Of a stretch of 64,000 nucleotides of DNA, positions 32,603 through 43,526 are shown in pieces. The first letter of the stretch is position 1, and each line of letters starts with the position of its first letter. Made by a program: the position numbers and the translations under genes. The stretch is from positions 1,984,001 through 2,048,000 of the forward strand of contig OZ244160.1 in NCBI GenBank assembly GCA_965216325.1, written 5' to 3'. Below the pieces are notes generated by a model that worked only from the letters and a program-made list of their open reading frames with translations, was not told the origin of the DNA and did not search any database. Source of the stretch: Coraliomargarita sp. GTDB taxonomy: Bacteria; Verrucomicrobiota; Verrucomicrobiia; Opitutales; Coraliomargaritaceae.

Positions 32603-33205
32603 CTACCGCACGCGCATCTTCTCTGCGCGGTAGATCGAGCGGAGGCTGTCGAAATCTTCATCCATCGTGCCACTGCGCAGTACGTAGTCGTAGTGGGGCG
32701 CTTGTTCGATCTCTTCGAGGGCGACTTGCATGCGGCGTTGCACTTCGTCGTCGGCGTCAGTGGCGCGTCCACGCAGGCGACGCTCGAGCTCTTCGATGCT
32801 GGGTGGCATGATGAACACGGTGGCGACGCGCCCCTTGAGCAGTTCGTCGTGGCGGGCGGTCTCACGCATTTGCGCGGCGCCTTGCACGTCGATGTTCAGC
32901 AAGAGGTCAATGCCGGCAGCGAGTTTGTCCTGCACCTCGCTTTTCAGGGTGCCGTAGATATTGCTGTGCACATTGGCGAATTCATAGAAGTCGCCGGCGG
33001 CGATCTTCGCTTCAAAGGTGGCCTTGTCGAAGAAGTAGTAGTCGATAGTGTCCTGCTCGTTGCCACGTGGTGCACGCGTCGTAGAGGTGACCACTCGCTG
33101 GATGGCGGCTTCTTCGTGGAGCACGCGGTCGCAGACGGTTGTTTTTCCGCTGCCGGCTGGGCCGGAGACGATCAAAAGGAGGCCGGTTTGGGCGTTGTCC
33201 TGCAT
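32603..33205 (-). CDS. gmk: Guanylate kinase
   Basis: [25 protein letters not shown] and RLRGRAT motifs. Confidence 0.95.
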   Translation of the reverse strand: MQDNAQTGLLLIVSGPAGSGKTTVCDRVLHEEAAIQRVVTSTTRAPRGNEQDTIDYYFFDKATFEAKIAAGDFYEFANVHSNIYGTLKSEVQDKLAAGIDLLLNIDVQGAAQMRETARHDELLKGRVATVFIMPPSIEELERRLRGRATDADDEVQRRMQVALEEIEQAPHYDYVLRSGTMDEDFDSLRSIYRAEKMRVR

Positions 33206-33211
33206 AATCAA

Positions 33212-33748
33212 TTAGTAGGTGAATGCGACGCCTGTGAGTAGCAGTCCGTAGGCGGCAAAGAGGCCGCCCAGAATGCGTGGGCGTGACTCGCTCTGGTAAA
33301 GCCAGTCGAGGAAGTCGCGCATTTTGTAGGGGCTGGTGCCAATGATCAGTGCGGCGATCACTGCCAGAAAGACGAAGCTGACCAAGAATAGGCGGGCTAC
33401 CGGGTCTTGCATGTAGGCAGTCATCAGTAGCTCCCAGCCGATGAGGAGGATGAGTCCTGCTAGCCCGCGCACTGCGAGGAAGTCCGGCACGTAGATGTAG
33501 GAACCAACCGCGGTCACCGCAAAGAGTGCAAAGAGCGCCTTGCGGTATTGGCCAAAGTCGGCCGGGCCGAGGTTCCAGACGTGGTAAAGGAACCATGCTG
33601 CTGCCGCGCCGAACAATACGTAGGCGGCCGTTTGCGAACGCGGAAAAGCCTTGGCGCGCTTCTCGGTCTTGATGCCATGCCAAGCATAGTGGCCACCGAA
33701 TAGGACCAAAAAGATTCCGGTAAAAAGTGTAGCTTGGAAGAGTGTCAT
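33212..33748 (-). CDS. Hypothetical membrane protein
   Basis: 178 aa with several TM helices and a DFLAVRGLA segment; co-oriented upstream of gmk. Confidence 0.75.
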   Translation of the reverse strand: MTLFQATLFTGIFLVLFGGHYAWHGIKTEKRAKAFPRSQTAAYVLFGAAAAWFLYHVWNLGPADFGQYRKALFALFAVTAVGSYIYVPDFLAVRGLAGLILLIGWELLMTAYMQDPVARLFLVSFVFLAVIAALIIGTSPYKMRDFLDWLYQSESRPRILGGLFAAYGLLLTGVAFTY

Positions 33749-33913
33749 ATCTGCGAGAAGCTCAAACGAAGTGAGCAGTTGTTAATGAAGCTTTCTTTCG
33801 GTGAATCAACCTATAATCGGGAGTCGGTTGGTTTAGGGGAGATTTTGAACCGTTAATTGACGTGAATTGACGTTAATTTTTCTTGTGTACGTGTGCTGCA
33901 TTGAAATGCGTGC

Positions 33914-33971
33914 TGTCCTCTGTCCTCTGTCCTCTGTCCTCTGTCCTCTGTCCTCTGTCCTCTGTCCTCTG
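33914..33971. repeat. Heptanucleotide tandem repeat (TGTCCTC)x8
   Basis: Counted directly in the sequence. Confidence 0.95.
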
Positions 33972-34033
33972 AATCAGGCGAAGTTTCGCAGAAGACATTT
34001 GTCAGGCAGAGCGGAGACTGTCATCCCGCAGAG

Positions 34034-34693
34034 ATGCATTTACGACTGGGTGGAAAAAATTGTCCGATAGACTTGGTGGTCTTTGACTGCGATGGCGTGT
34101 TGCTCGACACGATGGCCGCGAAGATTGAGGCCTTTCGCGTATGGGTGCCTGAGGTGCATGCGGATCTGAGCGAGGCCTTTATGGAGAGGGTCATGCGTGG
34201 TTTTGGTCGCAGCCGGCGGGTGCACATTGAGCGCTTTTACCGTGAACTCGTGCGAATCGAGCCCGATCCCGTGTTTCTAGATGCCGAGATTGCCCGTTTC
34301 TCGGCGATTTGTGAGCCGATGTGCGCGCATTCGCCATGGCGCGAAGGTTCACGCGAGTTTGTCGAGGCGGTCGCAGAGGCGGGTGTGCCGCGTTACGTTT
34401 TGTCGGGTATGCCGCAACAACCACTGGAGGAGACGCTGGACTCCGCGGGTGGAACGGAGCTGTTCGATGTGATCATTGGTTCGCCGCCAGCGAAGCCCGA
34501 GAGTATGGATCGCATTCTGGCGGAGACTGGAGTTTCAGCGGAGCGCACGGTCTTTATCGGGGACGCGAATGCGGATCAGGTGGCCGCACTGCATGCCGGC
34601 ACCCACTTCGTGTATTTCCCCTCTGAGGCGGCTCGCCCAGAGGCGGAGATTGAGACCGAAGTTAGTGATCTGCGTCAGTTGTTATTGGCTTGA
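34034..34693 (+). CDS. HAD family hydrolase
   Basis: [12 protein letters not shown] and FIGD...D motifs. Confidence 0.88.
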   Translation: MHLRLGGKNCPIDLVVFDCDGVLLDTMAAKIEAFRVWVPEVHADLSEAFMERVMRGFGRSRRVHIERFYRELVRIEPDPVFLDAEIARFSAICEPMCAHSPWREGSREFVEAVAEAGVPRYVLSGMPQQPLEETLDSAGGTELFDVIIGSPPAKPESMDRILAETGVSAERTVFIGDANADQVAALHAGTHFVYFPSEAARPEAEIETEVSDLRQLLLA

Positions 34694-35459
34694 ACGGTAT
34701 AAATTGGATCATCTGTTTGATTTTCAGCTCCAATTGCTCTGGGTTGCTGGGGATGAACCATTGTTCCTCGCCACGCATCTGGAGTCTGCCGCGATAGATC
34801 TGGCCCCAAGTGCCGAGCGTGATGTTGCCCGCGTGGTCGCAGCGTAGCACGGTGACGGCATGGTCTTGGTTTTCTGGGACGATGAATTTGCCGTTACCCT
34901 TCGGTTTGACCACCAGATAGCCAGCCCGGAATTGCTTGTTAATTTCAAGGAAGTCCGTGGTTTTTAGGGGTGGCTTCACAAAGTCGGTATGAATGCGCAG
35001 CTCTTGCTTCGAACCGGCTTGGACCAGCTGATCGAGTGCCATGCCTATCTCGGCACTGTTGGTGCCTTGGGTGAATTCACGGCTTTCTTGGGCGATGCCG
35101 AGGATGTAGGAGTCGATCGCTCTGAATAGCTCCTGCTTATAGGCACGCGGGTCCGCATTGCGGTTGTTGGCTTCAACGAGGCCGTATTTCTCATACCAAA
35201 TGAGAATGTTCAATAAGGCCGTCGGACCGCAGCCGCTCTCGGGAAGGGGGTAGTCCAGCTGATTCTCAGAGCGCAGTCCCGAGCGATTGAGTCCGCTATT
35301 GGTCCGTTCCATGCCTGATATCAGTTCATGGTAATAGCGATTTTCGCCGTCGATCTGACGTTTGACCACGACTTTGAAGTCCTCGATGCCTTGTGCACTG
35401 CAACAGGCTGAAAGCGCGCAGAGTAAGATGTAAAGACTGGTTCGGGCAGTGCGTGACAT
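34662..35459 (-). CDS. Hypothetical exported protein, possible papain-like cysteine peptidase
   Basis: Signal peptide; [16 protein letters not shown] and GTWG segments. Confidence 0.55.
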   Translation of the reverse strand: MSRTARTSLYILLCALSACCSAQGIEDFKVVVKRQIDGENRYYHELISGMERTNSGLNRSGLRSENQLDYPLPESGCGPTALLNILIWYEKYGLVEANNRNADPRAYKQELFRAIDSYILGIAQESREFTQGTNSAEIGMALDQLVQAGSKQELRIHTDFVKPPLKTTDFLEINKQFRAGYLVVKPKGNGKFIVPENQDHAVTVLRCDHAGNITLGTWGQIYRGRLQMRGEEQWFIPSNPEQLELKIKQMIQFIPFKPITTDADH

Positions 35460-35641
35460 TCGCTGCACGCTAGCCGTCAGCGCGGCTGAGTAAAGCATGG
35501 AGCACGCGTCCGCTCAGTCGACCGTGGTGTTAGCAATGCTTATTGATTGTATTAAATACAAAACTTTCCCTAATAAGTCTAACTTTTCGGTTTGCGAGAT
35601 TGGATAAGAATATCTTATCTCTAATGCCTAGTCTTATTACT

Positions 35642-36520
35642 ATGAATACATACAAACTCACTACTCTCGCTGCACTTACCCTTGCAGCCACCACACTTAA
35701 CGCAGCCGAAGGCTTTGTGCTCTTCGGCGACAACGTGGAGAAACCCGCATCCGAGCAAAAGTTCGTGCGTCCGGTGACGGCGCCATACTTCCACGAGGAC
35801 TCCTTTGTGACCACCGACCTACGTGCTTGGGTGGTCGATCACCACTTCTATGGGGATACGATTGGCGGTGACGTGAATGTCTATGCGCTCCAAGTGCGTG
35901 TTGCGCTGACAGAGCAACTTCAGTTCGTTGCGTATAAGGACGGCTATGTCGATTTCGACGACGATACCGCATTGCTTGGCGGCAACGATGGTTGGAATGA
36001 TATCGGTGCCGGACTCAAATGGGCCTTCCTTCAAGACCACGAGAACCAAGTCTATATGGCAGTCGGTCTTGGTTATGAATTCGGTGTGGGCGATGAGGAC
36101 GTCTTGCAGGACACCGATGAGTATCGTGTCTGGGTTTCTTGGAACAAGGGTTACGACAAGCTGCACCTCGGTGCCACTGCCAACGTGATCATTGCCGACG
36201 ACGAAGATGAAGGTCTGCTGGGCAATGCCGACATGGTGACGGTCCACTTCCATGCTGATTACTATTTGACCGATTGGTTCAGCCCTGTGGTCGAAGTGAA
36301 CGGTTATATGAGCAACGGCGATGCCGTGCCATTCTCCGGCGTAGATGCCGTGAGCATCAACGGTGGCGACGGCGAAGACACATGGACCGGCGCGGTCGGT
36401 GCAGAATTCCGTCCAATTGGCGACGACCTAGGCCTGCGTATAGCTTACGAAACTCAGTTGAACAACGACACCAGTCTGTTTGGGCACCGTTGGACAGCAT
36501 CCGCAGTCTACGAGTTTTAA
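35642..36520 (+). CDS. Putative outer membrane beta-barrel protein
   Basis: Signal peptide, amphipathic strands, C-terminal YEF; terminator near 36567-36603. Confidence 0.65.
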   Translation: MNTYKLTTLAALTLAATTLNAAEGFVLFGDNVEKPASEQKFVRPVTAPYFHEDSFVTTDLRAWVVDHHFYGDTIGGDVNVYALQVRVALTEQLQFVAYKDGYVDFDDDTALLGGNDGWNDIGAGLKWAFLQDHENQVYMAVGLGYEFGVGDEDVLQDTDEYRVWVSWNKGYDKLHLGATANVIIADDEDEGLLGNADMVTVHFHADYYLTDWFSPVVEVNGYMSNGDAVPFSGVDAVSINGGDGEDTWTGAVGAEFRPIGDDLGLRIAYETQLNNDTSLFGHRWTASAVYEF

Positions 36521-36672
36521 TCGCACGATTTTGTTAGTTAGTAGTTAGTGTTAGTTAGTGCAACTTAGGGCGGCTCTCCATGCAGGGTCGCCCTTTCTAT
36601 TTTAGATTCATTACAACTTGTCGGGAAGATTGTTACTCAATGCTGCGAGCGCGCGTATCTCGTTGTGATGGC

Positions 36673-36765
36673 GTAGCGTGCAGCTTTAGCAAACGCTTCT
36701 TCCTGTTTAACGTAACCAAGCTGTAGGCTTACCGAAGAAGAGCGTTTGCTGAAGCTGCACGCTAC
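36673..36765. repeat. REP doublet, family D
   Basis: GTAGCGTGCAGCTTTAGCAAACGC ... GCGTTTGCTGAAGCTGCACGCTAC; related half near 11998. Confidence 0.8.
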
Positions 36766-36827
36766 GAAGAACAGTTATTGTGCAGAATACGTTTGCCGTT
36801 TGGGAGCCATCCGACTGGATCGTGTCT

Positions 36828-37253
36828 ATGTCTACCAAAGTTACTCTACTACTGCTCGCGTTGCTGCCATTCCTTGCATTTGGGCATGATGATCATGGTG
36901 ACGTCAAAGTCGAAGTGCTCGTCCAGTCCGACAAATCCTGGAATGGGCAACAGTTGCCCGCCTATCCCACGGAGCAGCCACAGGTCAGTGTGGTAAAGGT
37001 CACGATTCCGCCGAAGTCTAAGTTGAAGTGGCACGCTCACCCAGTGATCAATGCCGGCTATTTGATTCGCGGTGAGGTCACAGTGACGACTGAAGATGGC
37101 ACCGAGCGCGTGGTGAAGACAGGCGAAGGCTTGATCGAGTTGGTGGATACCTTGCACTACGGGCGCAACGACGGCGATGTGCCGGCTGAGATCATTGTTG
37201 TGTATGTGGGCGTGAAGGGTGTGCCGTTGGCGATTATCAAGGAGGATGAATAG
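36828..37253 (+). CDS. Exported cupin domain protein
   Basis: WHAHP...G...E...HYGRN cupin motifs; signal peptide. Confidence 0.85.
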   Translation: MSTKVTLLLLALLPFLAFGHDDHGDVKVEVLVQSDKSWNGQQLPAYPTEQPQVSVVKVTIPPKSKLKWHAHPVINAGYLIRGEVTVTTEDGTERVVKTGEGLIELVDTLHYGRNDGDVPAEIIVVYVGVKGVPLAIIKEDE

Positions 37254-37310
37254 TATCACTTCTTGGTAGCATCCGGCCTCAGTCTTCTGATCTCTGACTT
37301 CTGATCACTG

Positions 37311-38207
37311 GTGAACCGCATCTTTTTACCCTTAGCTCTTGCTGTCTCGGCGCTGGCGCTGTGGCAACCGGGGCTGTTTATCCCGACTAGGCCAGCGATC
37401 CCGTGGCTGCTGGGCTTGATCATGTTTGGCATGGGACTGACCTTGAGCCCGAAGGATTTTCTCGGCGTGTTGCAGCGTTGGCGTCTGGTGGGGATGGGGT
37501 TGATCGCGCAGTATACGATCATGCCGCTGTTGGCCTTGGGGATTTGTTTCTGCCTCGGCTTGCCGGCCGAGCTGATGGCTGGCTTTGTGCTGTTGGGTGC
37601 CTGTCCGGGCGGAACGGCATCCAATGTGGTGACTTATCTTGCGCGGGGCAATGTGGCGCTGTCGGTTTCGATGACTTTGGCTTCAACCTTAGCCGCTCCT
37701 GTGTTGACGCCGTGGATCACTTGGTTGCTGGCGGGGCATAAAGTCGGCATCGATGCCGCTTCGATGATGCAGACCATTCTATGGATTGTGGCCGTGCCGT
37801 TAGGCTTGGGCTTGGTCGTGCGTCTCGTGGCACGTCGTTGGGTGACCTCAGTGGTGAAAGGCCTACCTCTATTCTCCATGCTGGTGATTGCTTGGGTGAT
37901 CGGCATTGTGATGGCGCTGAATCAGCAGCGTATCCTCGACTTCCCAGGGCTCATCATTGCGGGTGTGATCTTGCACAATCTCCTTGGGCTGGGTGTCGGC
38001 TATGCTTTGGCGCGCCGTTTCACCAGCAGTCTGTCGGACTGTCGAACGGTTGCCATCGAAGTCGGTATGCAAAACTCTGGTTTGGCAGTGGCGCTCGCAT
38101 CACAATACCTACCTGCCGTGGCCGCCTTGCCTGCGGCTTTGTTTAGCCTGTGGCACAACCTCTCGGGCGCAGCGTTTGCCTCGCTCTTTGGGGGGCGCCG
38201 TGGTTAG
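37311..38207 (+). CDS. Bile acid:sodium symporter family transporter
   Basis: IMFGMGLTL, QYTIMP, CPGGTASNV and EVGMQNSGL motifs. Confidence 0.92.
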   Translation: MNRIFLPLALAVSALALWQPGLFIPTRPAIPWLLGLIMFGMGLTLSPKDFLGVLQRWRLVGMGLIAQYTIMPLLALGICFCLGLPAELMAGFVLLGACPGGTASNVVTYLARGNVALSVSMTLASTLAAPVLTPWITWLLAGHKVGIDAASMMQTILWIVAVPLGLGLVVRLVARRWVTSVVKGLPLFSMLVIAWVIGIVMALNQQRILDFPGLIIAGVILHNLLGLGVGYALARRFTSSLSDCRTVAIEVGMQNSGLAVALASQYLPAVAALPAALFSLWHNLSGAAFASLFGGRRG

Positions 38208-38246
38208 TCGCGGGGAGCAGGCTTATGTGGAGCGACGCTAAGTGCC

Positions 38247-38927
38247 TCACTTAATCGTTGGCGGTGTGGACTTTGGCTGTTTCGCCCAGAAGAGCACACC
38301 GCAGCCGTGGACCTCGGTGTGCCAGTCCAGATAGCGCGACGCGAGGGCTTGCTGCAGGCTCTCGAGGCTATCGGCTTCGTTGCTGAAGATCCCTTTGCGA
38401 TTATAGAAGGCCATCAACTTGCGGGCGACTGCATTGCGTGAGACACCGCCCTGCAGCAGGGTGCTGCCGAAGATCACGCCGTCTGCGTTGAGCAGCGGAT
38501 TGAGGTGATCGAAGGTGATGGCTTTTTGCTCCATTGTCCCGGGTAGACAGTGGAGTAGATAATTGAGCCCGATGGAGTCGAAGGGCTCGGACTTAAGCTG
38601 CAGACGCTCCAGCACATTGGCACGATGTGTCTGCGGCTGGTAGCGAGCGATACGCTCGGCGGTGCTGGCGAGGCTGTCGCCGTTCAGGTCCAACAATTCG
38701 ACCCGTGGCTCAGTGCTTGGAAAAGTGCAGCGATCGAGGAAGTAGCCCGTCCCCACGCCGACATCGAGGTGGTTGCCGCTGATGTGCTGATTGTAGAATT
38801 CGAGCAGTTGGGGCGTGGGGCACTTCCAGATCCAGCGGTTGGAGATCCCGAGCACCACGAGGTCGTAGAGTTTGAGGGTGTGGCGGGTGTAAACGGCTTG
38901 GCCGGCGTGAGGGCTTGGACTAGGCAT
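38247..38927 (-). CDS. Class I SAM-dependent methyltransferase
   Basis: HLDVGVGTG and YLLHCLPG motifs. Confidence 0.85.
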   Translation of the reverse strand: MPSPSPHAGQAVYTRHTLKLYDLVVLGISNRWIWKCPTPQLLEFYNQHISGNHLDVGVGTGYFLDRCTFPSTEPRVELLDLNGDSLASTAERIARYQPQTHRANVLERLQLKSEPFDSIGLNYLLHCLPGTMEQKAITFDHLNPLLNADGVIFGSTLLQGGVSRNAVARKLMAFYNRKGIFSNEADSLESLQQALASRYLDWHTEVHGCGVLFWAKQPKSTPPTIK

Positions 38928-39059
38928 CTGCAGGAACCCATTGAGACGGTGGATTCATTGCAAGTCTGATCCTATCAAAGGGATCTGAAATTTCCCTGTT
39001 TTCGTCTCGCATGGTGGCCGCCGAGCTGTATTTTGCTCCGTTTTCCCAAATTTGAGATT

Positions 39060-40484
<1,425 letters not shown>

Positions 40485-40554
40485 AGGTTGCTTTCAGTAA
40501 CGCCCAAATTACACAAACACGCACACTTTTAAATCTAACACTAAGCACAACATT

Positions 40555-41820
40555 ATGTCCGAAGAACTTGTAGGTAATTGCCTGATCGCCCAATCCGGCG
40601 GCCCAACATCCGTCATCAATGCGAGCCTCGCTGGCGCAATTAACGAAGCGCTCAACCAAGAGGATCACATTGAAGAGATTTACGGTGGGCTCAACGGTGT
40701 GCTTGGCATCCTCAACGAGCAGCTCGTTGACCTTGCCGCAGAGTCTCAGCAAACCATCCGTGCCCTCCGCCACACTCCGGGTGCTGCCCTTGGCACTTGC
40801 CGCTTCAAGCTGAAGCGTCAGGAAGACTACGACCGCGTGCTTCAAGTGTTCGAAGCGCACAATATCCGCTACTTCTTCTACGCGGGCGGTAATGACTCTC
40901 AGGACACTGCGGACAAGATCTCCAAGCTCGCACAAGAGCGCGGCTACGCACTTCGCGTGATCGGTATTCCAAAGACCATCGACAACGACTTGGTCACTAC
41001 CGACCACACGCCTGGCTACGGTTCTGTGATCAAGTATATCGCGACGACCGTTAAGGAAATCGAAGCCGACAACGCGGCGATGGGCCAGCACGACCTCGTG
41101 CAGATCGTTGAAGTCATGGGCCGTAGTGCGGGATGGATCGCAGCGGGTGCCGCGCTTGCGAAGCGCCGCGACGACCCATCTGCAGCGCCACACCTGATCT
41201 ATCTTCCAGAAGTTGCGTTCACTCCGGAGAAGTTCATCGCTGACGTGCAGCACGTGCTCCAGAAGGAGAAATACTGCGTCGTCGTCGTGGGTGAAGGTCT
41301 GGTTGATCCGGACGGCAACTACGTCTCCACGGATTCCGCGGGTGCAGACGCCTTCGGTCACTCTCAACTTGGTGGTGCCGGTGAATACCTCCGAGGCCTT
41401 GTTGAAGACACGCTGCAAATCAAGGCACGCTCCGTAAAGCTTGGTATGGCGCAACGCGCAGCCGTTCACTGCTCTTCACAAGCGGACAACGACGAAGCTT
41501 TCATGGCAGGTGAAGCTGCAGTTCGAGCAGCGGTTGCAGGTGAGACCGACAAGATGGTCACACTCCTTCGCGGTGAAGGCGATAGCTACACATGCGAAAC
41601 GGGCCTCGCACCACTTTCTGAAATCGCCAACGGCGTGAAAGCACTTCCAGAAAACTGGATCAATGAAGATGGCGTAACGATGAGCTATCAGTTCTACAAG
41701 TATGCGCTGCCACTCATCCAAGGTGAAGTGCAGGTGCCATACGAAAATGGCGTGCCGGTGCTTGCGAAGCTCAAGAACGAAAAGGTTCAGCGTCAGCTGC
41801 CACCGCACAACTTCGAGTAA
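40555..41820 (+). CDS. Phosphofructokinase, probably PPi-dependent
   Basis: QSGGPT, GGNDS, PKTIDND and EVMGRSAGW motifs; terminator at 41845-41880. Confidence 0.9.
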   Translation: MSEELVGNCLIAQSGGPTSVINASLAGAINEALNQEDHIEEIYGGLNGVLGILNEQLVDLAAESQQTIRALRHTPGAALGTCRFKLKRQEDYDRVLQVFEAHNIRYFFYAGGNDSQDTADKISKLAQERGYALRVIGIPKTIDNDLVTTDHTPGYGSVIKYIATTVKEIEADNAAMGQHDLVQIVEVMGRSAGWIAAGAALAKRRDDPSAAPHLIYLPEVAFTPEKFIADVQHVLQKEKYCVVVVGEGLVDPDGNYVSTDSAGADAFGHSQLGGAGEYLRGLVEDTLQIKARSVKLGMAQRAAVHCSSQADNDEAFMAGEAAVRAAVAGETDKMVTLLRGEGDSYTCETGLAPLSEIANGVKALPENWINEDGVTMSYQFYKYALPLIQGEVQVPYENGVPVLAKLKNEKVQRQLPPHNFE

Positions 41821-41997
41821 GCCTCAGGCTGAAACGCATTTATCAAAAATCCGGACTGTTTGCGCGGTCCGGATTTTTTTGTGCCTGTCATTCGTAGTAG
41901 GGCTCGTGCTTGCACGATGCCGCTCTAGGACGGGCGTGGTTTGTGGCATTCTGCGAGCAGAAGCCCTACATGGTAGAACCTTTGCATTTGCTTTCGC

Positions 41998-42468
41998 TCA
42001 ATCTTCCAGCAGCCAATCAAGCGTCCAGTGCTCGATGTCTTTCATGTCGGATTTGTGGCCGAAATAGGCTCCGCCAAAGCCGCTGCCGCTCTCGCAGGGG
42101 TAAAAGCTGACGTGTAGGTAGCCTTTGTGTCTGAGTTGAATGACGAGTTCGAACTCACCTTGGCCCTTGTCAACTTGCTGGCGCTGGCCAGGGAGCACGC
42201 GGCTCTTGCCGTCGCCTTCGGTTTGCGTGACATAGACGCTGATGTTGGCGCAGTCGTGACTACTCAGCTTGTAGCGGCCTTTGACAGTGACGGTGTCGCC
42301 GACTTGGTAGGATTCTGACGTGGCTTTGACTGCCTCGATTTGAATGCGGTCGCCGCTGCGGAATTTGGACGGCCCCAGTGTGAAGTCGACCGGTTGTAGG
42401 CCACTGTTGGTCGCGAACGAGGTGAGTGTGCTGAAGAGAAATAGGCTGACGACCTTGAATGTGTTCAC
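41998..42468 (-). CDS. Hypothetical exported protein
   Basis: Probable GTG start followed by a signal-like peptide; flanked by REP doublets at 41897-41969 and 42515-42594. Confidence 0.6.
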   Translation of the reverse strand: MNTFKVVSLFLFSTLTSFATNSGLQPVDFTLGPSKFRSGDRIQIEAVKATSESYQVGDTVTVKGRYKLSSHDCANISVYVTQTEGDGKSRVLPGQRQQVDKGQGEFELVIQLRHKGYLHVSFYPCESGSGFGGAYFGHKSDMKDIEHWTLDWLLED

Positions 42469-42656
42469 GGCATGAAGATTGGACAAGTATGGGGCGGCAT
42501 GGCAAGTTCTCTTCGTAGGGGCGTTGCTTGCAACGCCCGCAGTGTGGAGAGAATGCTTTGATGCTGTGGCGGGCTTCGCAAGCAAAGCCCCTACGGTATG
42601 TTTGCGGATCACGAAAAGCGGTGGACAGCGCTACGTCTCTGTGTTCAGTAGCTCAA

Positions 42657-43415
42657 ATGACTACTCCTGACAGAAAAATTTTACTTGGTGTGAATGTGGA
42701 CCACTGCGCGACGCTGCGTCAGGCGCGCTACCGTGAGCACGCGCTCGATCATGGCGATGAGGTGGAGCCGGATTGTGTCGAGTTTGCCTTGCTGTGTGAG
42801 CAGGCTGGTGCGGATGGCATTACCATGCACTTGCGTGAGGATCGTCGCCATGTGCAGGACTCCGACGTCGAACGTGCGCGTGCGCAAATCGGCACACGTC
42901 TCAATCTGGAGATGGCCTGCACGCAGGAGATGATCGATTACGCGCTCAAGTTGAAGCCGGACTCGGTGTGCTTGGTGCCAGAGAGCCGCGAGGAGGTGAC
43001 GACTGAAGGTGGTCTAGACATCGTCGGTCAAAAGGCGCGCGTGGGCGAAGTGGTGGCTGCCATGACTGAAGCCGGCATCATTACCAGTTTGTTTATTGAT
43101 CCGGATCCGGCTCAGATCGAAATGTCCGCAGAATTGAAGAGCCCTTGGATTGAGCTGCACACGGGTGCGTATGCGAATGCCTACTACCATGAGGGCCGAC
43201 AGCGTGAATTGGAAACGCTGATCAACGGCGCTGAATTTGCGAATGGCCTCGGCCTGACCGTGAATGCGGGCCACGGCATTAATTACACCAATATCACTGA
43301 AGTGCTGACGATTCCGCATCTGCATGAGTTGAACATTGGCCATACGATTGTCAGCCGCGCACTGTTTGTTGGCGTGGAGCAGGCGGTGCGTGAAATGAAG
43401 GCCTTCTTAGGGTAG
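42657..43415 (+). CDS. pdxJ: Pyridoxine 5'-phosphate synthase
   Basis: LGVNVDH.ATLRQAR, HLREDRRH, TTEGGLD and ELNIGH motifs. Confidence 0.96.
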   Translation: MTTPDRKILLGVNVDHCATLRQARYREHALDHGDEVEPDCVEFALLCEQAGADGITMHLREDRRHVQDSDVERARAQIGTRLNLEMACTQEMIDYALKLKPDSVCLVPESREEVTTEGGLDIVGQKARVGEVVAAMTEAGIITSLFIDPDPAQIEMSAELKSPWIELHTGAYANAYYHEGRQRELETLINGAEFANGLGLTVNAGHGINYTNITEVLTIPHLHELNIGHTIVSRALFVGVEQAVREMKAFLG

Positions 43416-43526
43416 TAGGAAACCCTAGGATGTGGAGGGACTGTTACCTGTGCGTCATGTAATTGACGTGGATTTGCGCTATTTTGATAGGCTTCGCGTT
43501 ACCTGTTAATTGGTTGTCATTCCGCT

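Noticed and set aside
33867..34070. 67-aa ORF with repeating VLCPLSS
   Set aside because: Translation of the heptamer microsatellite; unlikely to be a real protein.
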